From NCBI RefSeq assembly GCF_009914755.1, contig NC_060932.1: 64,000 nt of DNA, one strand, 5' to 3'. Below, in pieces: positions 38,110 to 51,300 of this stretch; position 1 is the first letter of the stretch, and each line of letters begins with the position of its first letter. This DNA comes from the human T2T-CHM13v2.0 reference genome, Homo sapiens. The position numbers and the translations under genes were made by a program. The notes under the pieces were generated by a model. That model was not told the DNA's origin. It ran no database searches and saw only the letters and a program-made list of their open reading frames with translations.

Positions 38110-38423
38110 ACTAGTCTTCATAGGACTACACCTCATGTGGCTCCTGAGCACTTGAAATAAAGCTAGTTCAAAGTAAGATGTGCTGTAAGGGTAATTTACA
38201 CGCTGGATTTTGAAGGCTAATCTGAAAGAACACACAAGATGGCTCAATAATTTTTATATTGACTATACATTGAAATGAATATATTTTGTCTATCTTGAGC
38301 TAAATAAAATGTATTATTAATATGTTTCACTTTTTTATTTTTCATATTTGTTTTTTAATGTGGTTACTAGAAAATTTTAAATTACATACGTGGTTCACAT
38401 TACATTTTTATTGAAAAGTGCTG
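38110..38423 (-). mobile_element. MER33 hAT-Charlie DNA transposon
   Basis: catgtggctcctgagcacttgaaat...gatgtgctgtaag...ttttaatgtggttactagaaaattttaaattacata...tattgaaaagtgctg. Confidence 0.85.
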
Positions 38424-39959
38424 GGCTAATACATTGGCAGAAACAATAATGTATCCTTTTTCAATTCTATTGGATTTTTCCTTTTTTAGTTATTTCAAAT
38501 ATTCTAGATATTATTTTTAAAAACCTGAAAGTACATTTTAGTTAACTGAATAACCACAAAAACACGATACACAATTCACTTTATAGAGTAATAATTGTGT
38601 GTTTTGTAACTTTGTAAGGGAGATATAAGTTCTGTGCTGCCCTGGATGTTCCAACAGTGAAAAGATAAGGCTCCATGCTGTAAATACAGCAAGTGGAGGA
38701 TGTGTGAGTGTGTGTGCATGTATACATGTCCTTGCATGTATGTGTTTGTGTGCACATAGACATGAAATCTGCTACCCTCTTCTCATACTTTCTATGTAAA
38801 ATATTGATTTTTGATACCCCAAGTTTGCATGTATTCTTTTTAAGAAAAATGAACCCAAGTTACTACAGCAAATTTTTCTTCTAGCTTTTAACCAATAGAA
38901 TGAGGAAGTGATTGTTCAAAGTATATTACAGGGGAAAATTGATCATTTAAAAATGTAAGAGTTAAATTATATAGCATCTATAGCAAATGACAGAAGTGTA
39001 ATTATTACTTAGTCTATTGGTTTAACTATCTCCTTTAATGTTAAATACATGATAAAGTATTCCAATATTTTTTCTCTTTCTTATCAGAAAAGATGTAGAT
39101 TGAATGTTACAGCATGGATAAAATTCATTTCATCTCATATAACTTCTTTACAATTTCACTCCAGGTGTCCTTGGCAAAAGCCATTGTTTCACTCTATTGC
39201 CAAAACTGCCTTATGTCAAATTATTTCTTGTTCTAATATGTTCTCACTAGCATATAGAATCTCATGGAAGAAAGATTGGAAAGCTACGTATAAGCTTCCT
39301 ATAATATGATCTTTGGGACAGGAATCATTCTGATCTAATTTCTTTGTTTAAAAAGAAAAATAATTGTTCTTTTTATGCAACATGTAGATTTTCTGTATTG
39401 TTGACAAAATGAAGGGACAATTGTAAAATATACAACTAGCAAGAGATATCAAATGGTGACCCAACATTTTCAATAATAGGTTTGATTGTGATAGATTTAA
39501 ACAAAACCCAACGCAAACCAAATTCATTAAAATTTTTGCCCTCTAGGATTTTAGTATTGAGCTGGTCATGTTAGCAAAGAATTCCCAAACCCGATCGCTG
39601 ATGTGGTTATCCCTTTAAATATTAGTTATGCATCTAAAATTAATATTATAGATTGTTGTAAAAAGAACAAATACTTGTTCATTTACTTTCAGTTTCAGTG
39701 AATTTGTTTTCCAGGGAGATATCATCTATTGATTTTTGTTTATTTTTTAAATTTAAATGAGAGAAATTGGCTATGAACAGATTTGTCATCGCATATCACC
39801 CTTTTTTGGCCTGTTTCCTAAATTACAGAAGTTGGAAAAGTGGGAGGAAAATACAGTGTTTATTTTTTGGGAAAATAAGAAATATTTATGGTTGTTCTAT
39901 GACACAGACAAGTACCTACGGAATCCCATATTAAAAATACTAACAAGCAATAATTATAG

Positions 39960-40118
39960 ATACATAATATTTAAATATTTATAGGGTATAAGTCATATTT
40001 TGTTATATGCATAGAATGCGTAATGATCAAGTCAGAATATCTGGAATATCCATCACCTTGAGTATTTATCATTTCTATGTGTCAGGAACATTTCAATTTC
40101 TCTCTTCTAACTACTTTC
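39960..40118 (-). mobile_element. L1MA 3' end fragment
   Basis: atgcatagaatgcgtaatgatcaagtcag...tccatcaccttgagtatttatcatttctatgtg. Confidence 0.8.
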
Positions 40119-41479
40119 TAAGTCTTTTGTTTTACCATATTCTCCTCTAGGTTTCAGTTACCCTCTTATCTATTCTGCACTTTGAAACAGGGAGCATAAT
40201 AGTAATGAAGAGATAGAGTATTATTTTTCTGGAGTCTTTTATATCCTTTAGTTTCTTAAATTTGTGTATATAAACTAAAGTGATAAGAGGTACTTCTACT
40301 CTCAGATGTTGAATCAGTGGAAGGATCAGCAGTATAATTTCATGGCAATGCTGGAAACAGCTTTGGAAAATTAAACCTTCAGTCTTTTGATGCCTATGCC
40401 GTCTGAGCTAATTGTGGGTAAGAAATACATTTCAAGATGTAATACACTTGTACTACTGATGTAACTTAGACAAAATATTCCTCTCGATCCCTAAAGAGAG
40501 GGAAAATTCCATTCAGATGACCCTCCACAATAGGATAATATAATCTTTTAGAAGGTTACTGTTAGAGAAAATGTTATACAAGATCCTGTGGATTTGTGTT
40601 TGCAAAAATAAAAACAAACAAATAACTTCACAGTGTTGTCAACTCAAATTTGCAGCCATTCATTATCCTTTGATGCTTCTTGAGATGGTACCTATAGGTC
40701 AGATACATTTCCAGGGCTTAAGGAGTCCATGGTAGATGCTGCTTAGGATCTTCAGCTTGGCACTTCCTCACTCTCTATTGCATGTTTTGAGTACCTGTCA
40801 GCTAAAGTCTGACTCACAATTCTTCCCCTCTTTATTCCCAGTCTTAGAGTGTATTTCTCTCCCTTCTATATCATACATGGAGTAGCAACTAATACAGCAG
40901 AAGTTACTTTGAGAAGACATGAGAGATGTCCTCTCAGGCAGGAATATATTTATTAGATAGATCATGTCAATGGTGCCATAATCTCAGTTGTGGTAATTGT
41001 TAGAATAAGAACTCTTACAAGTTTCAGATAAAGATGGTTTACCCATGATTGCACTGTGAGTAGATATATTTTCTAGTAGATAGGATGGTAAAGTCATGTT
41101 ATTGCTACTGTGTATTTATATGGTAAATAACAGATGTATCATAAACCTCTCAACACTTAACACGTTTACAATAACATTCTTGATACTCATTCACCAAGTG
41201 CATTCTTCCGTTATTCCTATTTATCTGAGTACATGGTATTCAATTCCTAAGTGAGAAACTTAGGAAAAATTGTTTTTACTTCTTTCGAGATCGAATTCGC
41301 CAGCAAATCTTCTTGTTTCAATCTGTGAAATATATTTTCAACATAACCACTACCTACTAGTTCTACTGCTACCAACATCCTTGTCCAAGATCTTTTTTTT
41401 TTAACTTGATCTCTTGATATACTGTTCAGCCTTTACATTGAAAACCAAAGGTCAGTATTCAAGAGTAAGATTAAGGCAG

Positions 41480-44400
41480 AAATAAACCTTCCTTTACAGG
41501 GACCTAAAGTCAGCTTTAAGTTATCTCAGACTCGGTTTATATTAAGATGACCTAAGATTGTGAAGGTCCTTAGCCACCTGCTAGAAATAAAGATAAATCT
41601 GCTCTGGTGCATAGGAAAATAATTTCAGGTTTTAAATTGTTTCTACTGTTTTTCATAGATGATGATCAGCACCTAATCAAAAATGTTCAGGCAAATGAAG
41701 AAACAAAACAACTTGATAAAAATTATAAGAAAAAGGAACATAATAGAAAATGATTCACAGGAGATCCTGATAATGAGATTATCTGACAAAGATTTTAAAC
41801 TAATTATGCCTAGTATGATCATGGAAATGAAAAAAGTTTGAGAATTTTACGTAGAACTGAAAATGATAAGTAACAAACAAATTAAAACTCTCAAACTGAA
41901 AATTTCCTTAATCAAAATTAATTCAGTAGTTGGGAATAAGAGCAGAAGAGATAGTTGAAAAGGGGACTGGAGAACTAGAAGACAGAGCAGAAGAAAACAG
42001 TCACAAGGAAACAGAGACATACAAAAGGATGGAAAGATTAAAAAAAGACAAGAAAGCATAAAAGACAGGATATACAGTAAAAATACATGCAATTGAAGTC
42101 TAAAAATAGAGGAAATGTTTTCGAAATAATAACTGGGGATTTTCTAAAGCTGAGGAAAGAAATAAAACACAAATTCAAGAAGCACTGTGAACCCTACTGA
42201 TCTAAGCTGGATCAACGCAAGGAAAATCACAAGTAGGCACACATAGAAAAACTATTGAAAAAATGTGAAGACAAATGTGATAAAAACATGCAGAGATGAA
42301 AAGACACATTAGTTTGAAAGGAGCCACAATCAGGAAACAGTCCATTTGCCAACATATAAAAAGGAAACTAAAATACAAAGAAATGCTGTCTTTAATGTGC
42401 TAGAAGATAATAATTGCCAGCATTAAATTCTATATGCAATGCATATGTCCTTAAAAAATAAAGGTGATATTAAAACCTTTTCAGATGAAGAAAACCTGGG
42501 CAAAATTGCCACAAAGATGCAATCAAAAGAGAACTCTTCAGGCACAAGGCAAATAATCTAAGATACAGGAAGAAATAAAAGCCAAAAATAAGAAGTATTT
42601 GAGCAATAAAAATAAATATAATGGCATAAAATAATCATAATGTCTTGTCAACTTTTCTAATAACAAAAAATTTGATTCACTGGAAATATACAATAATATT
42701 AAAATAGCATTCAACTAATAATGTGGACTCATATGTACAAAAAATGAACAGAACTACAGATGAAATAGGCATATTGGCAATTATAGAAAGATGTTTTAAT
42801 ACCTTTCTCTCTCGAATAGATAGAATAATCTGAAAAATGTTAATATGACTATAGATTTAAATAACATAATTAACAAAGTTGACCTAAATGACATAGATAG
42901 AATATTGCATTAAAAAACTGAAGAACCCATATTTTTTCCAAATGTACATAAAGCTTTTACAAATATTAACCATATCCTGCACTAAACAGTAAATCTTTAC
43001 ATATATCTAACAGTTTAAATTATACTTAATATGATCTCTGATCATGGTGAAATTTAAAAATAAATAATAAGATAACTAGAAAATCCCTACGTTTTGAAAA
43101 TTTAAACACTTCTATATTGATAATTGGTTAAAAGAGAAAATAGAATGAAAATTTTAAACGGATTTTGAATTATTTCATATAAAAACCAATGAGAAGTAGC
43201 TAAAACCTTAAATTTATTAATTAGAAAGAGGAAAGGTTAAAAATCCATAATCTAAGCAGAACTAATGGGGAAACATTTAAGGTTTTTCCACCCGAGGTCA
43301 GGACCAAGGGAAGTATGACAGTTACCATCCATCTTTTCAACATTGTAGGGAAGTTTCAGAGAGTTTGAAAAGTGAGGAACGACACTATAGGGTAAAGATT
43401 AGAAGCAAAGAAAGAAAACTCTCATCATTTTTAAATGACCTGAATGTTTATGCAAAAAATATTAAAATTTACAAATAGATTATTAAGTTTAATAGGTGAC
43501 TTTACCAAGGTTTCAATTAACAACTAGAAAGTAACATTTAAAAACTTATACAATTTACAGGAGCATCAAAGTACACCAAAAATTTTTAGAATAAATTTAA
43601 CAAAAATTTTGAAAGAGCTCTGCATAGATAGCTATAAAATATATTTGGAGAAAGTAAAAGAGACCTAAATAGATGAAGGTGTATGTTTATAGACTAGAAG
43701 ACTTAATGTTAAAAATAGGTAAATTCTCAAATAGGTCCGTAAATTCTATAAAATTTGATAAAAATGACAGCTGGTTTTATTTGTGTGTGTGTGTGCGCTC
43801 ACGCATGCTCATGTATGTCAGTGTCTAAGTTGATAATTTAGTTCTAAAGTTTATATTGGAATGCAATGGCCAAGAATAGTAAAGACACATTTAGAAAAGA
43901 AAAGCAGGGTAAAAAAATGATACTCTACTAGACATCAAGACTTACTATAAGAGCTACAGGATTTATGGCACTAAACGTAAAGAAAAGATTGACAAATTTG
44001 ACTGTGTTAAATTAAGATCTTTTGTTCATCACAAGGCACCAATAAGAGTGAAAATAAATGTTCAGAGTGGGAGAAAATATTTGTAGTATATGTAACAAAA
44101 AAGGGAAACTTGTACCTTTTAATACATTTGAAGAATATATAAAGAAATCCTCTTTAATTCAATAATAAACAATTCAGATCACTCAATAGAAAAAAAATGG
44201 GCAAAGACTTGAGATGAGTAGGCACTTTAATGAAGAGAAGATAACCAAATGGCCAGCAAACATATGCAAGGTGGCCTGACTTGACAGATCATCAAGAAAA
44301 TGCAAAAATTCACAATGAAACAACATTATAAAACACCACGTAACTAATATTAAGAAAGATAATACTAAATACTACAAAGTAAGGAGCAATAGGATCTCCT

Positions 44401-45000
44401 ATATGCTGATGATGAGAATGCAGATATAAATATAAATTGTATAATTACTTGAAAAATGGAAAATTATTTATGCATTTGAACATATGCTTAACTTATGACC
44501 CAGCAATTCCACTTGTAGGCATATAATCAGGAGAGGGCATGCATATGTGCATAAAGCCATACTAAGTATATATAGCAGCACTATTCACAATTGGGAAAAG
44601 GAGAAATCAATCCCAAATGCCACATTGTAATTTGTCCATATTATATAGCAATGGAAATAAATGAACACTAGATATATGCAATAATGTGGATGAATCTTAA
44701 GAACATTATTGTGAGTTACATAAATGGACACAAAAGATTACATACTCTATGATTTCATTTGCACAAAGTTTACAAAAGGCAATATTATCTATGACATTAA
44801 AGATCAGGAGAGCAATTTCTGATGGTGATGAAGAACAGAATCATGACAGAGATGTGTGAGGAGGGATTCTGTGATGCTGGTGACATTCTGATGTTCTGTG
44901 TCTTAAACTTTGTTAAAGAGTTGTCTGCTTTGGGAGAATTCACTGAGGTATACACCTGGGGATTTGCTCAGATTTCTATGTTATATTTCAATAGTTACAA
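41480..45000 (+). mobile_element. Ancient L1M/L1ME with ORF1, ORF2 and 3' UTR remnants
   Basis: ORF1-like A-rich region (gagattatctgacaaagattttaaa), endonuclease-like (aacaaagttgacctaaatgacatag), RT/C-terminal (tatgacccagcaattccact), L1ME-like 3' end; multiply deleted. Confidence 0.85.
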
Positions 45001-45059
45001 AAGCAGCTTTGTTTGTACTGCTCCACTCTCCCAATGCACTACATTATCTCCCTCCTTAA

Positions 45060-45345
45060 TGTCACTGCAATATGTTTGGAAAGAATAATCTAGACTTGAT
45101 GTTTCTCTCTCTATTTTAATCCCACCCATCGTCAGCCCATTACACTCTGGCTTCTGCCCTATAACTCTGAAAGTGCTGTCCCCAAAGTCACCAGTGACCT
45201 CCTAATTGCCAATTGTCTATTTTCAGTCTTCATCCTGCTTGACCTCTTCCTGCCACCTGCCACTGCTGACCATCCCTCATTTGTAATCTTCTCTTCTCTT
45301 GACCTCTTCCTCATAGTTCTCCTTCCTTTTGGACTCTTTCAATTA
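45060..45345 (+). mobile_element. L2 reverse-transcriptase remnant
   Basis: aaagtcaccagtgacctcctaattgcc; gtcttcatcctgcttgacctc...actgctgaccat translates VFILLDL...TADH, cf. the L2/CR1 LLDLSAAFDTVDH motif. Confidence 0.75.
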
Positions 45346-45721
45346 AGTGTCCCTCCTTCCTTGCTTGGTCCTCAAATACTTTTGTTTTCTGGTTACACTC
45401 GATTATACTGCTCTAAAATCAGAATTACAATCTGGCTGGAGACATGTTTACTTCAAAGAGTTTTTTAAGCAAATTGTGAATAATATGCCATTGAATGGAA
45501 ATAATCAGATTTCACACAGAAATTCAGGTTTCTGGCATCAGGAAATTAAAAGGTTTAGCAATTCTGAATCCATCTTATTGAGGACCCAACAATCTTCCAG
45601 ACCCAAATACTAGGAGCTTTTTCATCAACCCAGAAGCCACCCTTACTTCTACATTTTTATAGCCTGCTTGGATCTCCTAAAGCACTTACTTTCTCACCAC
45701 TGTTATACATGTGTCTTGAGA

Positions 45722-45884
45722 GCAGAGCTTCCCAAACAGTGCATAAGAACCACCTAGGGAACTTGTCCACATGTTTCCGTCTCAGCCCCATGACAGCAAT
45801 ATGATGGAAATTGGGTAGGGTCCAGGAAAGGGCATTTTAAAAAATCCAAGGTGAATTTGAAGCAGGTTGTCCACAGAAGACATT
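45722..45884. mobile_element. MER5-like DNA transposon
   Basis: cagagcttcccaaac...agaaccacctagggaacttgt...gggtagggtccaggaa...gcattttaa...ggtgaatt. Confidence 0.6.
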
Positions 45885-46646
45885 TGTGATAGTTAATACT
45901 GAGTGTCAACTTGATTGTATTGAAGGATGCAAAGCATTGATCCTGGGTGTGTCTTCGAGGGTGTTGCCAAAGGAGATTAACATTTGAGTCAGTGGGCTGG
46001 GGACGACCAACTCACCCTTAATCTGGTGGACACAATGTAATCAGCTGTAAGTGAATATAAAACCGGCAGAAAAACTTGAAAGGCAAGATTGGCCTAGCCT
46101 CCCAGCCTACATCTTTCTCCTGTGCTGGATACTTCCGGCCCTCCAACATCGGACTCCAAGTTCTTCAGTTTTGAGACATGGGATGGCTCTCCTTGCTCCT
46201 CAAACTTGCAGACAGCCTATTGTGGGACCCTGTGATCATGTAAATTAATACTTATTAAACTCCTATATATATATATCTCTCCTATTAGATATATATATAT
46301 CTCCTATTAGATATATATGTGTATATATATGTGTATATATGTATATATATGTGTATATATATGTATATGTATGTATATATATGTGTATATATGTATATAT
46401 ATGTGTATATATATGTATATGTATGTATATATATGTGTATATATGTATATATGTGTATATATATGTGTATATGTGTATATATGTGTATATATGTATATAT
46501 GTGTGTATATATGTATATATGTGTATATATGTATATATATGTGTATATATGTATATATATGTGTGTATATATATGTATATATATATATGTGTGTATATAT
46601 ATATATCCTATTAGTTCTGTTCTTCTAGGGAACCCTGAATAATACA
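45885..46646 (+). mobile_element. MLT2A (MLT2A2-like) HERV-L solo LTR
   Basis: TGTGATAGTTAATACTGAGTGTCAACTTGATTG...CCCTGAATAATACA; 5-bp TSD ACATT/ACCTT. Confidence 0.95.
46264..46606 (+). repeat. ~340-bp (TA)n/(TATG/TGTG) compound microsatellite inside MLT2A
   Basis: Direct read; source of the four low-complexity ORFs. Confidence 0.97.
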
Positions 46647-47704
46647 ACCTTATTTTATGGAGTTTAACGCCTATGTTTTAAACTTCAACTGCAGTTGTTG
46701 ATCTCAAGTGTCTCAATGTCTTGTAGGAGATACAGATACATAAACAGGTAATTGTAATAAATATGTCCAATCACCACTCCCAGGCAGGCTGAGGCCTGGT
46801 GTCCTGATCTCTGTGAAAGTCTCAACTGGGGAGGGATATCAGCCTATCAGCCTTTTGGATGTAGGGTCAAGGAACTGTCTTGTTGACAGAAAAAGATGTT
46901 CAATAGACAGAGAGAGTGGTACCAAGCCAAAGGGACAGAGACTGAAGAAACCAAGGACAGTGGGAAGTTTTGGAAGAGAAGTATGAGGACAGGGATGTGT
47001 GGTAGCTCTTTGAGGTACACGGAGGTAGCTGCCTTTGAAATGAAGCTTTTGGCATTAGCAAAGAGGGAGTAAGTAAAAGTGCTATCTCTGTGTGGATCAT
47101 AATATGACACATGTTATAATAGAGTGATACATGATGAACATAAAATGAGGTTCAATTAGCTTCAGAGTCCGAAAACAGTCTTACTTAATTCAGTGTACCA
47201 CTTAGGTTGAAAACTGTAATTTGTTTGTGTCATCAATCTGTGTGACAATGTTGTCCAGCAGCTGTATAGGTATAGTGATGTATGGGTATAGAGACGTTTG
47301 CCTGAGGCCTATCCCTGCATAACTATTGGGATTCAACTCTAGGAATGGTCTGGATCAGTAGAGTAAAAAGAAAAGGGAGTAAGAAAAGTAAGAGTTAATG
47401 ATGAGTGATTCTAAAGATAGACCATGGTTTAATTGCTCAATAGTGGAGCAAGAAGACTCTGATCAAGTAGCAACGAAAAGGTCAAGGAACTGCTGGCCTT
47501 GAAGAATAGGTTGGTAGAGATGAGAGAAACTGAGGACTAGAAGAAGGGAGGTTATGGTAAAACAGGCAGCTTTGGAAGATTGAGACCTCAAAGGCCAGTC
47601 CAAAAGTATTTCAAATCTGTCCATGAGCGTATGTTGTTGAACTTGTGTATAGTTGAAAGTAGTTAGAATTAAGACGACTAAGAAACTATAAAAGCAAAGA
47701 ACAT

Positions 47705-48037
<333 letters not shown>

Positions 48038-48784
48038 TCAGAAACAAGAAGTTTTTGGTCCTAATTTTTTTAATTGCTTATCTCTGCTTTTGAATTAATG
48101 CACTTATACCCATGAGGTCTTTATCAATGTAATGAAAATACTCTGCATTGTCAAATGTTTAACCCTTGAGAAGACCATATTGAGCAAAAAATAGTTCAAT
48201 CTAAATAAGTAAACAACAGCAATAATAACAACATATTATATGGTGGCATTTCATAGATTGCAAGGCTTTTTTAGATACATCATATTGTTTGTTAAAAAAA
48301 AACTCACGGGATACACTTGGAAGAAATTATCATTTCTTTTTAATAGACAAGTAATATCGAGAAGACTAGCCTAAAGTAACAAATTAAGAAGTGACAGAAA
48401 CAGAACTAGAACTCACGCATGTCCATTTTATTTTAATATTGTAGATATCTTATAAACTGATGAAGTTATTGTGGAAGCACTAGTTGATACCTTTAATATT
48501 GTTACAGGGATTTTTGTTGTTGTTGTTTTCCAATTGTTATTTCAACTTAAAATCCATTTTCCTATTAATGCTTGCTAGAAAATAAAGTCATTCAAAGTCA
48601 TCAAATAATTGACTAAATTTGTTTAGTCATCAGAGGAAAAAAACCCAGAAAACCTAAGACTTTTATTTCTTAGTATTGCATAGCTTATGTTTACGGGGTA
48701 TGATTATTTAACAAAATTTATAGAAATCTTCATTCTTCACATCTTTTTGGATTTTTAGAAGAAATAACAGAAGGTACACATGGG

Positions 48785-48802
48785 GTGTGTGTGTGTGTGT
48801 GT
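48785..48802 (+). repeat. (GT)9 microsatellite
   Basis: Direct read. Confidence 0.9.
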
Positions 48803-49334
48803 GAATTCACATAGGTGTATGGAGCTCTAATTTTTATATAAAATGCAAATACTGAGAGCCACTTTTAAAATCGTTTGCCTGTATTCAATGGTTCTACCTT
48901 TGTTTTTCTGTAGTTCAATACAAGAGGGCTCTTCATTGACTGTTCGTAGAAGGAAGCTTTTATGTAGGGTTGCACATCTCAAGAATAAATCACAATGGCA
49001 GAAAAGTCACAATACCTGAGACCACTGTCTTTCCCTTTCTCTCAGTATACTTTCATGTAATTTCTTATCTTTATTTTCTATAAATATATTCCAGAGGAAT
49101 AGAATATAGGGGGAAGGAGGCAAAATCTCTATTCTGAAAATGGGATTTCACTGCTTTGCTCAGTTCTTCTTGCCCTTATACCTGTAGTTATATCCAAGTG
49201 ATGTAATATTTTTATAGCTACTGTATTCAACTTTCTCACCTACAGAATGGACCAAATAAGAAAATGTATATGGAAGCATTTTGTAGAACACAAAGCACTT
49301 TACAAATAATATGTTTGATGTGGAAGCAAGTATA

Positions 49335-49580
49335 TGGACTTAGAGTCAGTTTTATCATTTCCTTGCTGTGTTACCCTTGGAAAATTACTCTCTCTGAATC
49401 TTAATTGCTCTTCTTCTGCAAAATGTAGATAACATATTATGTCAGACATTGCCCTAATTAACTTGAGTTCAAAAATCAGGCCGTGTATAGAATCTATATT
49501 TCCATTTATAAATGACAAATTTTAACCTAGAGAACAAATACTTTACACAGTGTCTGGACTTCGTTACAGTCTGGAACACA
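49335..49580 (+). mobile_element. MIR
   Basis: ggacttagagtcag...gctgtgttacccttggaaaattact...tctgcaaaatg. Confidence 0.65.
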
Positions 49581-49628
49581 TTTTCCTTCATATAAAATTT
49601 TGCCCGAATTCTATGACCACTAGATTTT

Positions 49629-49784
49629 CTTTTTTGAGAGAAGGAGTCTCGCTTTGTCACTCAGGCTGGAGTGCAGTGGCAGGATCATAGTTCACTTCAG
49701 CCTTGAACTACTGGGCTGAAGTGATCCTTCTGCTTCAGTCTCCTACGTAGCTGGGACTACAGATGTGAGCCATCATGCTTGGCT
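49629..49784 (-). mobile_element. FRAM / AluJ right monomer
   Basis: Reverse single arm (atcatagttcacttcagccttgaact...gggctgaagtgatcc); TSD TAGATTTT at 49621-49628 and 49785-49792. Confidence 0.9.
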
Positions 49785-50229
49785 TAGATTTTTTAAAAAT
49801 ATGTACAACAATATGCAAATAATGTCCAATATCTGGCTGAATATGTACAGGGTATATAATGACATTCTTATCAGATTTCCCCCTTTATATGAGTTGCTGG
49901 GTTTTGCCTCTACTTACAAGTCAGGTGTTTTTTCAAAGGCAACATATACTTCTTGGTAAACATATAAATACCATTAAGAGTTAGATACAAGGAGGTTGAG
50001 AAGCCAGAGTGTATTCAAACTTTGAAGCAACATTTAACCTGCAGAAAACATATGACATTAAGTATGATCAGTTATGACTGAAATAGATAACTCATTTATC
50101 AACACTGGTTTGCATAGTTATTGAAAGGGCAGAAGAATCACTTTTTCTAGCTTACAAATAATTTTCATGTTCAATGGTAGTGACTTTACGTTTCTATCAT
50201 AATTGTGTCAGTTACTACTTAATACATGA

Positions 50230-50720
50230 GGTCTCCTTCTTCAAACCCATTCTTCACATTGCTGTCAGAATGATCTGTATCAAATGTATCTCCCTTTTTA
50301 AATCCTTCAATGGCTCTCCACTGCCCTCAGGATAAAATTCATATTTCATATCAGGGTTTCTGTCTTCCTCTCTACTTTCATCTTCTCTTGGGATTCTATA
50401 AATGTTCACTAGTCATAATAACATCCCAGGAACTTACCCACAGCTTTGTTCTTTTACCAATTCTCCTTCTTACCCTTCAAAATTCCTGAAAGTATTTCTC
50501 TGATCTTTTTCTGTTTTAGTTTCATTTCTTCACATTCTCATGATATCTTGTACTTATCTTGATCATGTAGTTTACCTTATTGCACCATATTTATTAGTTA
50601 TTTCATTTCATAGAAAATCAATGTCATAACTGCAGGAAGCTTTTCTTTTTTTAGATCCTTGATGTGAGAAACAATATAGGAAGCACAGTAGGTGCTGGGT
50701 AAACATTTGTCAAATGAATG
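50230..50720 (+). mobile_element. L2 3' region
   Basis: aaatccttcaatggctctccactgccctcaggataaa...cacagtaggtgctgggtaaacatttgtcaaatgaatg. Confidence 0.75.
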
Positions 50721-51189
50721 GAAAAACAAAAGCAAAAACAAAAACAAAAAAAACAGGCAGCACCAAACACAGAAATTGGGATAATTTCTTAGAAAAGACA
50801 AATACTTGACCAGATTAAATTTACCAACCCCTAGCTAGTTGTTTGGAGATTTAGATAGTGAACACCGTATTCCCTTTGTAGAGAGGACATGGAAAAATAT
50901 CAGGAGAAAAATCAGCGAGAGTTCTCACACTGCCTCTATGTCCAAGGTTAGAGAGGGGCTATGAGTTAGTCAAGGTTACATTTTTGGAGGAGAAAAAGAT
51001 AACTCTGTAGTGAAGTTGTCTACCAGTATTTCCTTTCAGCAAAAGACATAGATCAAGTTTTCCTATTTCTTCTTCTTCCCCAGGGCGCTGGCTGGCCCAC
51101 CCCTGAGACTGAACCACATACCAGGTGGCCCTGATGAAACCCATGAGGAGATAAGCACAGCTTTGCAGGGACAGATGATTCATTTTCTC

Positions 51190-51300
51190 AAACTTCACCC
51201 ATTTGTACGTTGAGGATAATAGTACAGCCTGCCTCATAGAGATGTTGGGAGGATTAAGGAGCTCGGAGAGATAATAAACATAAAAGAGCATTGAGCAGCT
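51190..51300 (+). mobile_element. MIR fragment
   Basis: catttgtacgttgaggataatagtac...cctcatagagatgttgggaggattaa. Confidence 0.65.

Noticed and set aside
46285-46647. Four ORFs of 91-120 aa rich in Y/I/C/M/V/H/T
   Set aside because: Translations of the TA/TG microsatellite, which lacks stop codons
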